Origin: Macrostomum hystrix
Taxonomy: Eukaryota; Animalia; Platyhelminthes
Reading direction: 5' to 3'
NCBI GenBank assembly: GCA_950097015.1
Contig: CATNEN010000039.1
Location: 6,076,001-6,140,000 of the forward strand
Length of the DNA stretch: 64,000 nucleotides
Part shown: positions 39,143 through 54,100 of the stretch, piece after piece
How positions within the stretch are numbered: the stretch's first letter is position 1
Layout of the letters: each line of letters opens with the position of its first letter
Notes under the pieces: generated by a model
The model's database searches: none
Seen by the model: only the letters and a program-made list of their open reading frames with translations
What the model was told of the DNA's origin: nothing
Made by a program: the position numbers and the translations under genes

Positions 39143-42100
39143 CTGCACGCGGCACTGCCCTGGTGTGATCAGCCTGCGCACGGAGGCGGACATTGCAGCT
39201 GTCGGTCGGCTAAATTGCGCTTCGGCCGACGCAATCCATGTCGCTGTATTGGATGGACTCCGTGAGCTTTGGCTTGAGTTGCAAGATTTGGGACCTTGAG
39301 TTGCATTGCCCCTGACTAGCTGTGAGGCCACTGTGTACTTGTCAAAATCTGTCAAGTCCTCAGTAGTGCGAAGAGCTAAAGCCCTGATTTAATTCTTAGA
39401 GCGGCCTCGCAACCCCACAGGGTCAAGGATTAGCGCTTCAGTTTAGCAAGCAGATTTTCTGACTCGAAATTAACAAAATTATTGTCATATCAGTGCTAGG
39501 ATAGAGCTTTAACAGTAGAAATAGCATGTTATTCTCCCATGGGGAAACACCACGGGTGTATTTCGAATATCCGCTGCCTTTTTCACGATAGCTCCAAAAC
39601 TGAATGACCGATATTTCTGAAAGTCCACCAGGTGGATAAAAAAATTCTGCCTTTAACGATGAACTAATTTTCAAAGCCATCTATAGATCAACTAACATTG
39701 ATCTGTATAAAATTCTATGGCGAATCCATGTTCCTTCAATCCATGTTTCCTAGAAACCTGGAATGTCTGCAGACCTTGAATTTTGTCAGGCGGTGAGTTT
39801 TATAAGAGAAATCAGAAACTAATTGCTGGATATGAGAGGCGTATGAGCTTTGGGAGGCCTCTTCCGCCCGTGACATTTTGTATTGTCTGGCCAAAAAACA
39901 GCCCGCATCAGGCAGACTTCTGGGACAGACGAGCTGAGACCCTACTCACCGGGTCCGCCCATTTTCCATTTGGGGCCTCCGCCTTAACTCTCCAGGCTTT
40001 ATATTTCAGTAGATAAGAGCTGAATTGAAAGGTGAAACCGTTGTTAAAGTGATATATGCATTCAGCATTCAGCATTCAGCAATCTGTGATGAGACATCAC
40101 AGATTGGGAGAGATGAGACATCACAGATTGGGAGAGATGAGACATCACAGATTGGGAGAGATGAGACATCACAGATTGGGAGAGATGAGACATCACAGAT
40201 TGGGAGAGATGAGACATCACAGATTGGGAGAGATGAGACATCACAGATTGGGGAGAGATGAGACATCCCAGATTGGGAGAGATGAGACATCACAGATTGG
40301 GAGAGATGAGATATCACAGATTGGGAGAGATGAGACATCACAGATTGGGGAGAGATGAGATATCACAGATTGGGGAGAGATGAGATATCACAGATTGGGG
40401 GGAGAGATGAGATATCACAGATTGGGGAGAGATGAGATATCACAGATTGGGAGAGATGAGACATCACAGATTGGGAGAGATGAGACATCACAGATTGGGA
40501 GAGATGAGACATCACAGATTGGGAGAGATGAGACATCACAGATTGGGGGGAGAGATGAGATATCACAGATTGGGGAGAGATGAGATATCACAGATTGGGA
40601 GAGATGAGACATCACAGATTGGGAGAGATGAGACATCACAGATTGGGAGAGATGAGACATCACAGATTGGGAGAGATGAGACATCACAGATTGGGAGAGA
40701 TGAGACATCACAGATTGGGGAGAGATGAGACATCCCAGATTGGGAGAGATGAGACATCACAGATTGGGAGAGATGAGACATCACAGATTGGGGAGAGATG
40801 AGATATCACAGATTGGGGGGAGAGATGAGATATCACAGATTGGGGAGAGATGAGATATCACAGATTGGGAGAGATGAGACATCACAGATTGGGAGAGATG
40901 AGACATCACAGATTGGGAGAGATGAGACATCCCAGATTGGGAGAGATGAGACATCACAGATTGGGAGAGATGAGACATCACAGATTGGGAGAGATGAGAC
41001 ATCACAGATTGGGGAGAGATGAGACATCCCAGATTGGGAGAGATGAGACATCACAGATTGGGAGAGATGAGACATCACAGATTGGGAGAGATGAGACATC
41101 ACAGATTGGGAGAGATGAGACATCACAGATTGGGAGAGATGAGACATCACAGATTGGGAGAGATGAGACATCACAGATTGGGAGAGATGAGACATCACAG
41201 ATTGGGAGAGATGAGATATCACAGATTGGGAGAGATGAGATATCACAGATTGGGAGAGATGAGATATCACAGATTGGGAGAGATGAGATATCACAGATTG
41301 GGAGAGATGAGACATCACAGATTGGGAGAGATGAGACATCACAGATTGGGGAGAGATGAGACATCCCAGATTGGGAGAGATGAGACATCACAGATTGGGA
41401 GAGATGAGACATCACAGATTGGGAGAGATGAGACATCACAGATTGGGAGAGATGAGACATCACAGATTGGGAGAGATGAGACATCACAGATTGGGAGAGA
41501 TGAGACATCACAGATTGGGAGAGATGAGACATCACAGATTGGGAGAGATGAGATATCACAGATTGGGAGAGATGAGATATCACAGATTGGGGAGAGATGA
41601 GATATCACAGATTGGGAGAGATGAGATATCACAGATTCGGAGAGATGAGACATCACAGATTGGGGGAGATGAGATATCACAGATTGGGAGAGATGAGATA
41701 TCACAGATTGGGAGAGATGAGACATCCCAGATTTGGGAGAGATGAGACATCACAGATTGGGAGAGATGAGACATCACAGATTGGGGAGAGATGAGACATC
41801 CCAGATTGGGAGAGATGAGACGTCACAGATTGGGAGAGATGAGACATCACAGATTGGGAGAGATGAGACATCACAGATTGGGGAGAGATGAGATATCACA
41901 GATTGGGGGGAGAGATGAGATATCACAGATTGGGGAGAGATGAGATATCACAGATTGGGAGAGATGAGACATCACAGATTGGGAGAGATGAGACATCACA
42001 GATTGGGAGAGATGAGACATCACAGATTGGGAGAGATGAGACATCACAGATTGGGAGAGATGAGACATCACAGATTGGGAGAGATGAGACATCACAGATT

Positions 42101-45100
42101 GGGGAGAGATGAGACATCCCAGATTGGGGAGAGATGAGATATCACAGATTGGGAGAGATGAGACATCACAGATTGGGAGAGATGAGACATCACAGATTGG
42201 GGGAGATGAGATATCACAGATTGGGAGAGATGAGACATCACAGATTGGGAGAGATGAGACATCACAGATTGGGAGAGATGAGACATCACAGATTGGGAGA
42301 GATGAGATATCACAGATTGGGAGAGATGAGATATCACAGATTCGGAGAGATGAGACATCACAGATTGGGGGAGATGAGATATCACAGATTGGGAGAGATG
42401 AGATATCACAGATTGGGAGAGATGAGACATCCCAGATTTGGGAGAGATGAGACATCACAGATTGGGAGAGATGAGATATCAGAGATTGGGAGAGATGAGA
42501 TATCACAGATTGGGAGAGATGAGACATCACAGATTGGGAGAGATGAGATATCACAGATTGGGAGAGATGAGATATCACAGATTGGGAGAGATGAGACATC
42601 ACAGATTGGGAGAGATGAGACATCACAGATTGGGAGAGATGAGACATCACAGATTCGGAGAGATGAGACATCACAGATTGGGGGAGATGAGATATCACAG
42701 ATTGGGAGAGATGAGATATCACAGATTCGGAGAGATGAGACATCACAGATTGGGGGAGATGAGATATCACAGATTGGGAGAGATGAGATATCACAGATTG
42801 GGAGAGATGAGACATCCCAGATTTGGGAGAGATGAGACATCACAGATTGGGAGAGATGAGACATCACAGATTGGGGAGAGATGAGATATCACAGATTGGG
42901 AGAGATGAGATATCACAGATTGGGAGAGATGAGACATCACAGATTGGGAGAGATGAGACATCACAGATTGGGAGAGATGAGACATCACAGATTGGGAGAG
43001 ATGAGACATCACAGATTGGGAGAGATGAGATATCACAGATTGGGAGAGATGAGATATCACAGATTGGGAGAGATGAGATATCACAGATTGGGAGAGATGA
43101 GATATCACAGATTGGGAGAGATGAGACATCACAGATTGGGAGAGATGAGACATCACAGATTGGGGAGAGATGAGACATCCCAGATTGGGAGAGATGAGAC
43201 ATCACAGATTGGGAGAGATGAGACATCACAGATTGGGAGAGATGAGATATCACAGATTGGGGAGAGATGAGATATCACAGATTGGGAGAGATGAGATATC
43301 ACAGATTCGGAGAGATGAGACATCACAGATTGGGGGAGATGAGATATCACAGATTGGGAGAGATGAGATATCACAGATTGGGAGAGATGAGACATCCCAG
43401 ATTTGGGAGAGATGAGACATCACAGATTGGGAGAGATGAGACATCACAGATTGGGAGAGATGAGACATCACAGATTGGGAGAGATGAGATATCACAGATT
43501 GGGAGAGATGAGACATCACAGATTGGGAGAGATGAGATATCAGAGATTGGGAGAGATGAGATATCACAGATTGGGAGAGATGAGACATCACAGATTGGGA
43601 GAGATGAGATATCACAGATTGGGAGAGATGAGATATCACAGATTGGGAGAGATGAGACATCACAGATTGGGGAGAGATGAGACATCCCAGATTGGGAGAG
43701 ATGAGACATCACAGATTGGGAGAGATGAGACATCACAGATTGGGAGAGATGAGATATCACAGATTGGGAGAGATGAGATATCACAGATTGGGAGAGATGA
43801 GATATCACAGATTGGGAGAGATGAGACATCACAGATTGGGGAGAGATGAGACATCACAGATTGGGAGAGATGAGATATCACAGATTGGGAGAGATGAGAC
43901 ATCACAGATTGGGAGAGATGAGACATCACAGATTGGGAGAGATGAGACATCACAGATTAGGAGAGATGAGACATCACAGATTGGGAGAGATGAGACATCA
44001 CAGATTGGGAGAGATGAGACATCACAGATTGGGAGAGATGAGACATCACAGATTGGGAGAGATGAGACATCACAGATTGGGAGAGATGAGACATCACAGA
44101 TTGGGAGAGATGAGATATCACAGATTGGGAGAGATGAGACATCACAGATTGGGAGAGATGAGACATCACAGATTGGGAGAGATGAGATATCACAGATTGG
44201 GAGAGATGAGATATCACAGATTGGGAGAAAAATCAAACAAAAAACGCAGCCGATTCTAGACTCACACAGCACGTGACCAAGAGCTCAGACTGACGCAAAC
44301 CCAGTTGGAGGAGGGTGTCCATTCAGATTTTATTGTTGGCGGGCGGTTGTGAGAAGGCAGGGGGGATATTTCCGTTTCCTTCGACTCAAACCCAGCGGAA
44401 GCCACCCTATAGACTGAAGAACATTGTTCTCTTTGCCATGTTCCAAACCGGATGAATCATTCGCTCAGGTAATTATGGAAGGACTGATCTAGCCACATAG
44501 CTAATATTGAGCACAAGGTACTCGTATGTGCTACTCAACTTCGGTACGACGCTCTGCAAAAATGATCGCTTTTTTAGACTCGAAACTAACAGAAAGATAA
44601 TACCACAACACAATAAAATAAAAGAACAAATGAACAAAAAAATAACGAAATTGAACGTTTGTATGCTTCACATTAATTACTTTAGGAAAACTCAAAGATG
44701 CATTGCTTGACTGTTTGTACATTTACCACAGAAATTTTCGCTTCTTTTAATCCTGATTCTTGGAATCCCGATTCTTGGAATCCCGATTCTTGGAATCTCG
44801 ATTCTTGGAATCCCGATTCTTGGAATCCCGATTCTTGGAATCCCGATTCTTGGAATCCCGATTCTTGGAATCCCGATTCTTGGAATCCCGATTCTAGAAA
44901 TCCCGATTCTTGGAATCCCGATTCTTGGAATCCCGATTCTTGGAATCCTGATTATTGGAATCCCGATTCTTGGAATCCCGATTCTTGGAATCCCGATTCT
45001 TGGAATCCCGATTCTTGGAATCCCGATTCTTGGAATCCCGATTCTAGGAATCCCGATTCTTAGAATCCCGATTCTTGGAATCCCGATTCTTGGAATCTAG

Positions 45101-48100
45101 ATTATTGGAATCCCGATTCTTGGAATCCCGATTCTTGGAATCCCGATTCTTGGAATCCCGATTCTTGGAACCCCGATTCTTGGAATCCCGATTCTTGGAA
45201 TCCCGATTCTTGGAATCCCGATTCTTGGAACCCCGATTCTTGGAATCCCGATTCTTGGAATCCCGATTCTTGGAATCCCGATTCTTGGAATCCCGATTCT
45301 TGGAATCCCGATTCTTGGAATCCTGATTCCTGGAATCCTGATTCTTGGAATCCCGATTCTTGGAATCCCGATTCTTGGAATCCCAATTCTTGGTATCCCG
45401 ATTCTTGGAATCCCGATTCTTGGAATCCCGATTCTTGGAATCCCGATTCTTGGAATCCCGATTATTCAAATCCCGATTCTTCCAATCCCGATTCTTGGTA
45501 TCCCGATTCTTGGAATCTCGATTCTTGGAATCCCGATTCTTGGAATCCCGATTCTTCCAATCCCGATTCTTGGAATCCCGATTCTTGGAACCCCGATTCT
45601 TGGAATCCCGATTCTTGGAATCCCGATTATTGGAACCCCGATTCTTGGAATCCCGATTATTGGAATCATGATTCATGGAATCCCGATTCTTGGAATTCTT
45701 GGAATCCCGATTCTTGGAATTCTTGAAATCCCGATTCTTGGAATCCCGATTATTCAAATCCCGATTCTTCCAATCCCGATTCTTGGAATCCCGATTCTTG
45801 GTATCCCGATTCTTGGAATCTCGATTCTTGGAATCCCGGTTCTTGGACTCCCGATTATTCAAATCCCGATTCTTCCAATCCCGATTCTTGGAATCCCGAT
45901 TCTTCTAATCCCGATTCTTGGAATCCCGATTCTTGGAATCCCGATTCTAGGAATCCCGATTCTTGGAATCCCGATTCTTGGAATCCCGATTCTTGGAATC
46001 CCGATTCTTGGAATCCCGATTCTTGGAATCCCGATTCTTGGAATCCCGATTCTTGGAATCCCGATTCTTGGAATCCCGATTCTTGGAATCCCGATTCTTG
46101 GAACCCCGATTCTTGGAATCCCGATTCTTGGTATCCCGATTCTTGGAATCCTGATTATTGGAATCCCGATTCTTGGAATCCCGATTCTTGGAATCCCGAT
46201 TCTTGGAATCCCGATTCTTGGAATCCCGATTCTTGGAACCCCGATTCTTGGAATCCCGATTCTTGGAATCCCGATTCTTGGAATCCCGATTCTTGGAACC
46301 CCGATTCTTGGAATCCCGATTCTTGAAATCCCGATTCTTGGAACCCCGATTCTTGGAATCCCGATTCTTGGAATCCCGATTCTTGGTATCCCGATTCTTG
46401 GAATCTCGATTCTTGGAATCCCGATTCTTGGAATCCCGATTCTTCCAATCCCGATTCTTGGAATCCCGATTCTTGGAACCCCGATTCTTGGAATCCCGAT
46501 TCTTGGAATCCCGATTATTGGAACCCCGATTCTTGGAATCCCGATTATTGGAATCATGATTCATGGAATCCCGATTCTTGGAATTCTTGGAATCCCGATT
46601 CTTGGAATTCTTGAAATCCCGATTCTTGGAATCCCGATTATTCAAATCCCGATTCTTCCAATCCCGATTCTTGGAATCCCGATTCTTGGTATCCCGATTC
46701 TTGGAATCTCGATTCTTGGTATCCCGATTCTTGGAATCCCGGTTCTTGGACTCCCGATTATTCAAATCCCGATTCTTCCAATCCCGATTCTTGGAATCCC
46801 GATTCTTCCAATCCCGATTCTTGGAATCCCGATTCTTGGAATCCCGATTCTTGGAATCCCGATTCTTGGAATCCCGATTCTTGGAATCCCTATTCTTGGA
46901 ATCCCGATTCTTGGAATCCTGATTCTTGGAATCCCGATTCTTGGAATCCCGATTCTTGGAATCCCGATTCTTGGAATCCCGATTATTCAAATCCCGATTC
47001 TTGGAATCCCGATTCTTGGAATCCCGATTCTTGGAATCCCGATTCTTGGAATCCCGATTCTTGGAATCCCGACTCTTGGAATCCCGATTCTTGGAATCCT
47101 GATTCCTGGAATCCTGATTCTTCAAATCCCGATTCTTGGAATCCCGATTCTTGGAATCCCGATTCTTGGAATCCCGATTCTTGGAATCCCGATTCTTGGA
47201 ATCCCGACTCTTGGAATCCCGATTCTTGGAATCCTGATTCCTGGAATCCTGATTCTTGGAATCCCGATTCTTGGAATCCCGATTCTTGGAATCCCGATTC
47301 TTGGTATCCCGATTCTTGGAATCCCGATTCTTGGAATCCCGATTCTTGGAATCCCGATTCTTGGAATCCCGATTATTCAAATCCCGATTCTTCCAATCCC
47401 GATTCTTGGTATCCCGATTCTTGGAATCTCGATTCTTGGAATCCCGATTCTTGGAATCCCGATTCTTCCAATCCCGATTCTTGGAATCCCGATTCTTGGA
47501 ACCCCGATTCTTGGAATCCCGATTATTGGAACCCCGATTCTTGGAATCCCGATTATTGGAATCATGATTCATGGAATCCCGATTCTTGGAATTCTTGGAA
47601 TCCCGATTCTTGGAATTCTTGAAATCCCGATTCTTGGAATCCCGATTATTCAAATCCCGATTCTTTCAATCCCGATTCTTGGAATCCCGATTCTTGGTAT
47701 CCCGATTCTTGGAACCCCGATTCTTGGAATCCCGATTCTTGGTATCCCGATTCTTGGAATCCTGATTATTGGAATCCCGATTCTTGGAATCCCGATTCTT
47801 GGAATCCCGATTCTTGGAATCCCGATTCTTGGAATCCCGATTCTTGGAACCCCGATTCTTGGAATCCCGATTCTTGGAATCCCGATTCTTGGAATCCCGA
47901 TTCTTGGAACCCCGATTCTTGGAATCCCGATTCTTGAAATCCCGATTCTTGGAACCCCGATTCTTGGAATCCCGATTCTTGGAATCCCGATTCTTGGTAT
48001 CCCGATTCTTGGAATCTCGATTCTTGGAATCCCGATTCTTGGAATCCCGATTCTTCCAATCCCGATTCTTGGAATCCCGATTCTTGGAACCCCGATTCTT

Positions 48101-51100
48101 GGAATCCCGATTCTTGGAATCCCGATTATTGGAACCCCGATTCTTGGAATCCCGATTATTGGAATCATGATTCATGGAATCCCGATTCTTGGAATTCTTG
48201 GAATCCCGATTCTTGGAATTCTTGAAATCCCGATTCTTGGAATCCCGATTATTCAAATCCCGATTCTTCCAATCCCGATTCTTGGAATCCCGATTCTTGG
48301 TATCCCGATTCTTGGAATCTCGATTCTTGGTATCCCGATTCTTGGAATCCCGGTTCTTGGACTCCCGATTATTCAAATCCCGATTCTTCCAATCCCGATT
48401 CTTGGAATCCCGATTCTTCCAATCCCGATTCTTGGAATCCCGATTCTTGGAATCCCGATTCTTGGAATCCCGATTCTTGGAATCCCGATTCTTGGAATCC
48501 CTATTCTTGGAATCCCGATTCTTGGAATCCTGATTCTTGGAATCCCGATTCTTGGAATCCCGATTCTTGGAATCCCGATTCTTGGAATCCCGATTATTCA
48601 AATCCCGATTCTTGGAATCCCGATTCTTGGAATCCCGATTCTTGGAATCCCGATTCTTGGAATCCCGATTCTTGGAATCCCGACTCTTGGAATCCCGATT
48701 CTTGGAATCCTGATTCCTGGAATCCTGATTCTTGGAATCCCGATTCTTGGAATCCCGATTCTTGGAATCCCGATTCTTGGTATCCCGATTCTTGGAATCC
48801 CGATTCTTGGAATCCCGATTCTTGGAATCCCGATTCTTGGAATCCCGATTATTCAAATCCCGATTCTTCCAATCCCGATTCTTGGTATCCCGATTCTTGG
48901 AATCTCGATTCTTGGAATCCCGATTCTTCCAATCCCGATTCTTGGAATCCCGATTCTTGGAACCCCGATTCTTGGAATCCCGATTATTGGAACCCCGATT
49001 CTTGGAATCCCGATTATTGGAATCATGATTCATGGAATCCCGATTCTTGGAATTCTTGGAATCCCGATTCTTGGAATTCTTGAAATCCCGATTCTTGGAA
49101 TCCCGATTATTCAAATCCCGATTCTTCCAATCCCGATTCTTGGAATCCCGATTCTTGGTATCCCGATTCTTGGAATCCCGATTCTTGGAATCCCGATTCT
49201 TGGAACCCCGATTCTTGGAATCCCGATTCTTGAAATCCCGATTCTTGGAACCCCGATTCTTGGAATCCCGATTCTTGGAATCCCGATTCTTGGTATCCCG
49301 ATTCTTGGAATCTCGATTCTTGGAATCCCGATTCTTGGAATCCCGATTCTTCCAATCCCGATTCTTGGAATCCCGATTCTTGGAACCCCGATTCTTGGAA
49401 TCCCGATTCTTGGAATCCCGATTATTGGAACCCCGATTCTTGGAATCCCGATAATTGGAATCATGATTCATGGAATCCCGATTCTTGGAATTCTTGGAAT
49501 CCCGATTCTTGGAATTCTTGAAATCCCGATTCTTGGAATCCCGATTATTCAAATCCCGATTCTTCCAATCCCGATTCTTGGAATCCCGATTCTTGGTATC
49601 CCGATTCTTGGAATCTCGATTCTTGGTATCCCGATTCTTGGAATCCCGGTTCTTGGACTCCCGATTATTCAAATCCCGATTCTTCCAATCCCGATTCTTG
49701 GAATCCCGATTCTTCCAATCCCGATTCTTGGAATCCCGATTCTTGGAATCCCGATTCTTGGAATCCCGATTCTTGGAATCCCGATTCTTGGAATCCCTAT
49801 TCTTGGAATCCCGATTCTTGGAATCCTGATTCTTGGAATCCCGATTCTTGGAATCCCGATTCTTGGAATCCCGATTCTTGGAATCCCGATTATTCAAATC
49901 CCGATTCTTGGAATCCCGATTCTTGGAATCCCGATTCTTGGAATCCCGATTCTTGGAATCCCGATTCTTGGAATCCCGACTCTTGGAATCCCGATTCTTG
50001 GAATCCTGATTCCTGGAATCCTGATTCTTCAAATCCCGATTCTTGGAATCCCGATTCTTGGAATCCCGATTCTTGGAATCCCGATTCTTGGAATCCCGAT
50101 TCTTGGAATCCCGACTCTTGGAATCCCGATTCTTGGAATCCTGATTCCTGGAATCCTGATTCTTGGAATCCCGATTCTTGGAATCCCGATTCTTGGAATC
50201 CCGATTCTTGGTATCCCGATTCTTGGAATCCCGATTCTTGGAATCCCGATTCTTGGAATCCCGATTCTTGGAATCCCGATTATTCAAATCCCGATTCTTC
50301 CAATCCCGATTCTTGGTATCCCGATTCTTGGAATCTCGATTCTTGGAATCCCGATTCTTGGAATCCCGATTCTTCCAATCCCGATTCTTGGAATCCCGAT
50401 TCTTGGAACCCCGATTCTTGGAATCCCGATTATTGGAACCCCGATTCTTGGAATCCCGATTATTGGAATCATGATTCATGGAATCCCGATTCTTGGAATT
50501 CTTGGAATCCCGATTCTTGGAATTCTTGAAATCCCGATTCTTGGAATCCCGATTATTCAAATCCCGATTCTTTCAATCCCGATTCTTGGAATCCCGATTC
50601 TTGGTATCCCGATTCTTGGAACCCCGATTCTTGGAATCCCGATTCTTGGTATCCCGATTCTTGGAATCCTGATTATTGGAATCCCGATTCTTGGAATCCC
50701 GATTCTTGGAATCCCGATTCTTGGAATCCCGATTCTTGGAATCCCGATTCTTGGAACCCCGATTCTTGGAATCCCGATTCTTGGAATCCCGATTCTTGGA
50801 ATCCCGATTCTTGGAACCCCGATTCTTGGAATCCCGATTCTTGAAATCCCGATTCTTGGAACCCCGATTCTTGGAATCCCGATTCTTGGAATCCTGATTC
50901 TTGGAATCCCGATTCTTGGAATCCCGATTCTTGGAATCCCGATTCTTGGAATCCCGATTATTCAAATCCCGATTCTTGGAATCCCGATTCTTGGAATCCC
51001 GATTCTTGGAATCCCGATTCTTGGAATCCCGATTCTTGGAATCCCGACTCTTGGAATCCCGATTCTTGGAATCCTGATTCCTGGAATCCTGATTCTTGGA

Positions 51101-54100
51101 ATCCCGATTCTTGGAATCCCGATTCTTGGAATCCCGATTCTTGGTATCCCGATTCTTGGAATCCCGATTCTTGGAATCCCGATTCTTGGAATCCCGATTC
51201 TTGGAATCCCGATTATTCAAATCCCGATTCTTCCAATCCCGATTCTTGGTATCCCGATTCTTGGAATCTCGATTCTTGGAATCCCGATTCTTCCAATCCC
51301 GATTCTTGGAATCCCGATTCTTGGAACCCCGATTCTTGGAATCCCGATTATTGGAACCCCGATTCTTGGAATCCCGATTATTGGAATCATGATTCATGGA
51401 ATCCCGATTCTTGGAATTCTTGGAATCCCGATTCTTGGAATTCTTGAAATCCCGATTCTTGGAATCCCGATTATTCAAATCCCGATTCTTCCAATCCCGA
51501 TTCTTGGAATCCCGATTCTTGGTATCCCGATTCTTGGAATCTAGATTCTTGGAATCCCGGTTCTTGGACTCCCGATTATTCAAATCCCGATTCTTCCAAT
51601 CCCGATTCTTGGAATCCCGATTCTTCTAATCCCGATTCTTGGAATCCCGATTCTTGGAATCCCGATTCTAGGAATCCCGATTCTTGGAATCCCGATTCTT
51701 GGAATCCCGATTCTTGGAATCCCGATTCTTGGAATCCCGATTCTTGGAATCCCGATTCTTGGAATCCCGATTCTTGGAATCCCGATTCTTGGAATCCCGA
51801 TTCTTGGAACCCCGATTCTTGGAATCCCGATTCTTGGTATCCCGATTCTTGGAATCCTGATTATTGGAATCCCGATTCTTGGAATCCCGATTCTTGGAAT
51901 CCCGATTCTTGGAATCCCGATTCTTGGAATCCCGATTCTTGGAACCCCGATTCTTGGAATCCCGATTCTTGGAATCCCGATTCTTGGAATCCCGATTCTT
52001 GGAACCCTGATTCTTGGAATCCCGATTCTTGAAATCCCGATTCTTGGAACCCCGATTCTTGGAATCCCGATTCTTGGAATCCCGATTCTTCCAATCCCGA
52101 TTCTTGGAATCCCGATTCTTGGAACCCCGATTCTTGGAATCCCGATTCTTGGAATCCCGATTATTGGAACCCCGATTCTTGGAATCCCGATTATTGGAAT
52201 CATGATTCATGGAATCCCGATTCTTGGAATTCTTGGAATCCCGATTCTTGGAATTCTTGAAATCCCGATTCTTGGAATCCCGATTATTCAAATCCCGATT
52301 CTTCCAATCCCGATTCTTGGAATCCCGATTCTTGGTATCCCGATTCTTGGAATCTCGATTCTTGGTATCCCGATTCTTGGAATCCCGGTTCTTGGACTCC
52401 CGATTATTCAAATCCCGATTCTTCCAATCCCGATTCTTGGAATCCCGATTCTTCCAATCCCGATTCTTGGAATCCCGATTCTTGGAATCCCGATTCTTGG
52501 AATCCCGATTCTTGGAATCCCGATTCTTGGAATCCCTATTCTTGGAATCCCGATTCTTGGAATCCTGATTCTTGGAATCCCGATTCTTGGAATCCCGATT
52601 CTTGGAATCCCGATTCTTGGAATCCCGATTATTCAAATCCCGATTCTTGGAATCCCGATTCTTGGAATCCCGATTCTTGGAATCCCGATTCTTGGAATCC
52701 CGATTCTTGGAATCCCGACTCTTGGAATCCCGATTCTTGGAATCCTGATTCCTGGAATCCTGATTCTTCAAATCCCGATTCTTGGAATCCCGATTCTTGG
52801 AATCCCGATTCTTGGAATCCCGATTCTTGGAATCCCGATTCTTGGAATCCCGACTCTTGGAATCCCGATTCTTGGAATCCTGATTCCTGGAATCCTGATT
52901 CTTGGAATCCCGATTCTTGGAATCCCGATTCTTGGAATCCCGATTCTTGGTATCCCGATTCTTGGAATCCCGATTCTTGGAATCCCGATTCTTGGAATCC
53001 CGATTCTTGGAATCCCGATTATTCAAATCCCGATTCTTCCAATCCCGATTCTTGGTATCCCGATTCTTGGAATCTCGATTCTTGGAATCCCGATTCTTCC
53101 AATCCCGATTCTTGGAATCCCGATTCTTGGAACCCCGATTCTTGGAATCCCGATTATTGGAACCCCGATTCTTGGAATCCCGATTATTGGAATCATGATT
53201 CATGGAATCCCGATTCTTGGAATTCTTGGAATCCCGATTCTTGGAATTCTTGAAATCCCGATTCTTGGAATCCCGATTATTCAAATCCCGATTCTTCCAA
53301 TCCCGATTCTTGGAATCCCGATTCTTGGTATCCCGATTCTTGGAATATAGATTCTTGGAATCCCGGTTCTTGGACTCCCGATTATTCAAATCCCGATTCT
53401 TCCAATCCCGATTCTTGGAATCCCGATTCTTCTAATCCCGATTCTTGGAATCCCGATTCTTGGAATCCCGATTCTAGGAATCCCGATTCTTGGAATCCCG
53501 ATTCTTGGAATCCCGATTCTTGGAATCCCGATTCTTGGAATCCCGATTCTTGGAATCCCGATTCTTGGAATCCCGATTCTTGGAATCCCGATTCTTGGAA
53601 TCCCGATTCTTGGAACCCCGATTCTTGGAATCCCGATTCTTGGTATCCCGATTCTTGGAATCCTGATTATTGGAATCCCGATTCTTGGAATCCCGATTCT
53701 TGGAATCCCGATTCTTGGAATCCCGATTCTTGGAATCCCGATTCTTGGAACCCCGATTCTTGGAATCCCGATTCTTGGAATCCCGATTCTTGGAATCCCG
53801 ATTCTTGGAACCCTGATTCTTGGAATCCCGATTCTTGAAATCCCGATTCTTGGAACCCCGATTCTTGGAATCCCGATTCTTGGAATCCCGATTCTTCCAA
53901 TCCCGATTCTTGGAATCCCGATTCTTGGAACCCCGATTCTTGGAATCCCGATTCTTGGAATCCCGATTATTGGAACCCCGATTCTTGGAATCCCGATTAT
54001 TGGAATCATGATTCATGGAATCCCGATTCTTGGAATTCTTGGAATCCCGATTCTTGGAATTCTTGAAATCCCGATTCTTGGAATCCCGATTATTCAAATC

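Noticed and set aside
40025-44276. (GRDETSQI)n / (GEMRHHRL)n ORFs
   Set aside because: 24-bp minisatellite with frequent frameshifting G-run variants.
45668-51544. 1958-aa (GIPIL)n ORF and the antisense (NRDSK)n ORFs
   Set aside because: Translations of a 15-bp satellite inside an intron of the receptor gene. Several frames are open at once and sporadic stops occur, so there is no sign of coding selection.
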